In this document: in pieces, positions 61,220 to 64,000 of the stretch | Position numbering within the stretch: position 1 is the first letter of the stretch | Layout: each line of letters begins with the position of its first letter | Assembly: GCA_964016885.1 (NCBI GenBank) | Contig: OZ024740.1 | Coordinates: 146,196,001 to 146,260,000 of the forward strand | Direction: 5' to 3' | DNA from: Eledone cirrhosa | Lineage: Eukaryota | DNA: 64,000 nucleotides | Made by a program: the position numbers and the translations under genes | Notes under the pieces: model-generated | Databases searched by the model: none | What the model was told of the DNA's origin: nothing | What the model saw: the letters and a program-made list of their open reading frames with translations, nothing else

Positions 61220-64000
61220 CATCTTCATCATCATCATCACCATTTTACGTCCGTTCTTCCACGCTAGCATGGGTTAGACGGGTTGTCCTGTTGTGGGCAG
61301 TGTCTGGTCGGCTGACCATGCCTTGCTCATACAGGAACTGATTTGGCTTGATTTCTACAGCTGGATGCCCTTCCTAACACCAACCTCATTTACAGTGAGT
61401 GCTGGGTGCTTTTTCATGGCACCTACACGTCCACTTTACAGTGTGGGCTGGGTGCTTTTTTACCGTGGCACCTCCACGACCACCTTGCGGATGGTTGGGG
61501 GTGGGGGGGGGGGGGGGGGGCATATTGTCTATATGCTTCAGCTTGTACCCATGGGAGGTCGGGTACTCTGTATTACTGCGTGACGCCAGAGGTCACGGTC
61601 GTGTGTCATTGCCTTTGAGAGGTGTAATTGGGTAAGGTCGGCTTTTATCACCTCATCCCAGGTCATCTTGGGTCTCCCCACTCCGCGGTTTCCATCGACT
61701 TCTAGTGCTCTGCACCTTTTTATGCAGCTGTCATCCTTCATACACATCACATGTCCATACCAGCGCAACTGCCTCTCCTGCACACAGCATTTGATTCCTC
61801 TTATGCTCAGTCTCTCTCTCAATTCATTTATGCTTTGTCGTTCACGTATATTACTGTTACACATCCATCGGAGCATGCAGGCTTCGTTTCTCTCTAATCT
61901 ACGTAAGTCTTCCACCTTCAGCGACCAGGTCTCACTACCACGCATCATACAGTCTGCCTTTCATTCTGAGGGAGAAGCCTTTTGCAGCTAGCAGTGGCAG
62001 TAGTTCCCTGAACTTCTTCCATCCCGTTCTTACCCTAGTTATTGTACTTTCTGAACACCCACCTCCGCTGCTAATTCGGTCACCTAGGTAGCAGAAGCTG
62101 TCTACTGTTTCTACAGAGCCCTCCCAGAGATTGGTGGTACTTGTTTCCTGTGGCTGTTTGCTGCTTGCTGTCCCAGAGAATGGAGTTCCTACCTACACCT
62201 TTCCTACATATTGAGCAAGGCCATTTCCCTGAGGGGATCTGGGTTCTGTTTTCTCGTCTACTTACAAGGACCTTAGTCTTTGTCATGTTGACTTTGAGAC
62301 CCTTTCTTTCTAGTCCCTGCTTCCAAGTTTGGAATTTATTCTCTAGTTCTACCATAGATTCAGCTATAAGTGCGAGGTCATCAGCATACAGGAGTTCCCA
62401 TGGGCATCCAGTCTTAAACTCCTCCGTTATTGCCTGCAGGACTATGATGAACAGGAGGGGGCTAAGAACAGAGCCCTGGTGGACCCCAACCTGTACGCTA
62501 AATTCCTCACTATACTCATTGCTAATCCTAACTTTGCTGACTGCTCCCCTATACATGGCTTGTACCGCTTTCACAAGCCATTCATCTACTCCTAGTTTTC
62601 TAAGAGCCCACCAGATTACAGCACGTGGAACTCTGTCAAATGCTTTCTCAAGGTCTACAAATGCCAGGTAGAGTGGCTTACTTTTAGCTAGGTACTTTTC
62701 CTGTAACTGCCTCACAAGGAAGAGGGCATCAGTGGTGCCTCTTCCTGGTACAAACCCAAATTGCATCTCGTCTAGTTTCACCCGGTCCCTAATCAACTGT
62801 ACTATAACTCTTTCTGTTACTTTCATGACCTGGTCCATCAGCTTTATACCTCTATTGTTTCCTCTATCTAGTGCATCACCCTTACCTTTGTAGCAGTTGA
62901 CAATGATGCTACTGCACCAATCTTTTGGTATGACACCTTCTAGTATTACCTGGTTAACAATACGTGTGGTTATAGTGTGACCTACAGACCCAGATGCCTT
63001 CAGCATCTTGGCAGCTATACCCGATGGACCGGTTGCCTTCCCCATCTTCATATCTTTGATTGCCTTACTTACTACGTTGCTGCTGACTTGTACTGCTGGC
63101 CCCTCTATAGGGTCTACTTGGGGTAGGGTCTCTTCTTCCATGCATTCTCCTCATTTAGTAATCTATCATAATGACTCTTCCATGCATCTTTCTTCTCAGC
63201 ACTTGTGAGGGCAAGCTCACCTTTATCATTCCGGATACACTTCTCTCCAATGACATCACAATTCACTCTGACACACTGCCTCGCAATCTTGAACACCTCC
63301 TGTTTCTAGTCCTCACGTTGCAAAACATGCTTGAATTTTCTATCCTCTGCTTCCCTCCTAGCTAAGTATACTTGTCGCCTAGCTTTCCTCTTGGTCTCTA
63401 TGTAATGTACCCCGCTCCCCCCGTTCTTCCATTCTTTCCATGCCTGTCTCTTGGCCTTAACTGCCTCATCTACCTTATTGTTCCACCACCAAGTCACTCT
63501 CCTCCTACCTGAGGTCTTACTCCAGCCACAGACCTCATCCGTCGCCTCTAGTAAGTTATTTTTTAAGAACTCCCAGTTCTCTTCTACATTGAATGTCTCT
63601 ATCTGTTCTTCTTTACTGCCGTAGGCGTTGAGTAAAAATCTTTAAATCTGTTACTGGTTGAGGGGTCTTTCAGCTTCCAGATCTTTCTTCTCCAGGTTGG
63701 CCTCTGTTTCCAGGTTCGTCTAGTTCTGACTGTGAGGTCGCTGACAACTAAGCTATGTTGGGATGTACATTCCTCACTAGGGAAGGCTTTTGTGTTTACG
63801 ACCGTCCATCTGTCACGTCCTCTGATGAGGATAAAATCTATCTGACTAGAGTGCTCCCCTGATCTATAGGTGATCAGGTGGTTGTCGGGTTTTTTAAAGT
63901 TTGTGTTACATATCGACATGTCATTGGCGTCGCAGAATTCTAGAAGTCTGAATCCTTCCTCATTTCTTGTGCCAACCCCATGGCCTCCATGTACTCTATT
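61220..64000 (-). mobile_element. RTE LINE (EN C-terminus, RT, 3'UTR), frameshifted, continues beyond the window
   Basis: The ORF at 62080-63141 has QFGF, FVDLEKAFD, GVHQGSVLSP and LLYADD, and the element has a (GAT)n tail. Same family as 27300-30408. Confidence 0.95.

Overview
Eukaryotic, AT-rich animal genomic DNA. The SINE/RTE repertoire suggests an octopod cephalopod, but that is inference. Two spliced genes converge tail-to-tail. On + is a tetraspanin: six coding exons at 506-36976, all introns phase 0, the first exon lying upstream of the window, a 6-Cys EC2 with CCG and PxSCC, and a long Tyr-rich C-tail. On - are the last two coding exons of ACTL6/BAF53 (51121-51035, 48529-48449). Introns are packed with dead RTE, CR1, CRE-like and Vingi/Ingi-like LINEs, tRNA-derived SINEs, TTAA MITEs, a Helitron, mini- and microsatellites, and a 200-N gap. 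The most interesting signal is a set of short non-coding elements in the tetraspanin introns that have Penelope-like architecture (5' inversion and partial tandem), most of them beside (TA)n/(CA)n/(TG)n tracts. Three carry type I hammerhead ribozyme folds, including an apparently intact U3-A8 variant at 23618-23664 (-). One carries a complete tRNA-like cloverleaf in place of a recognisable ribozyme (33484-33893, 13-bp TSD). All structure calls were made by eye and need computational or biochemical confirmation.
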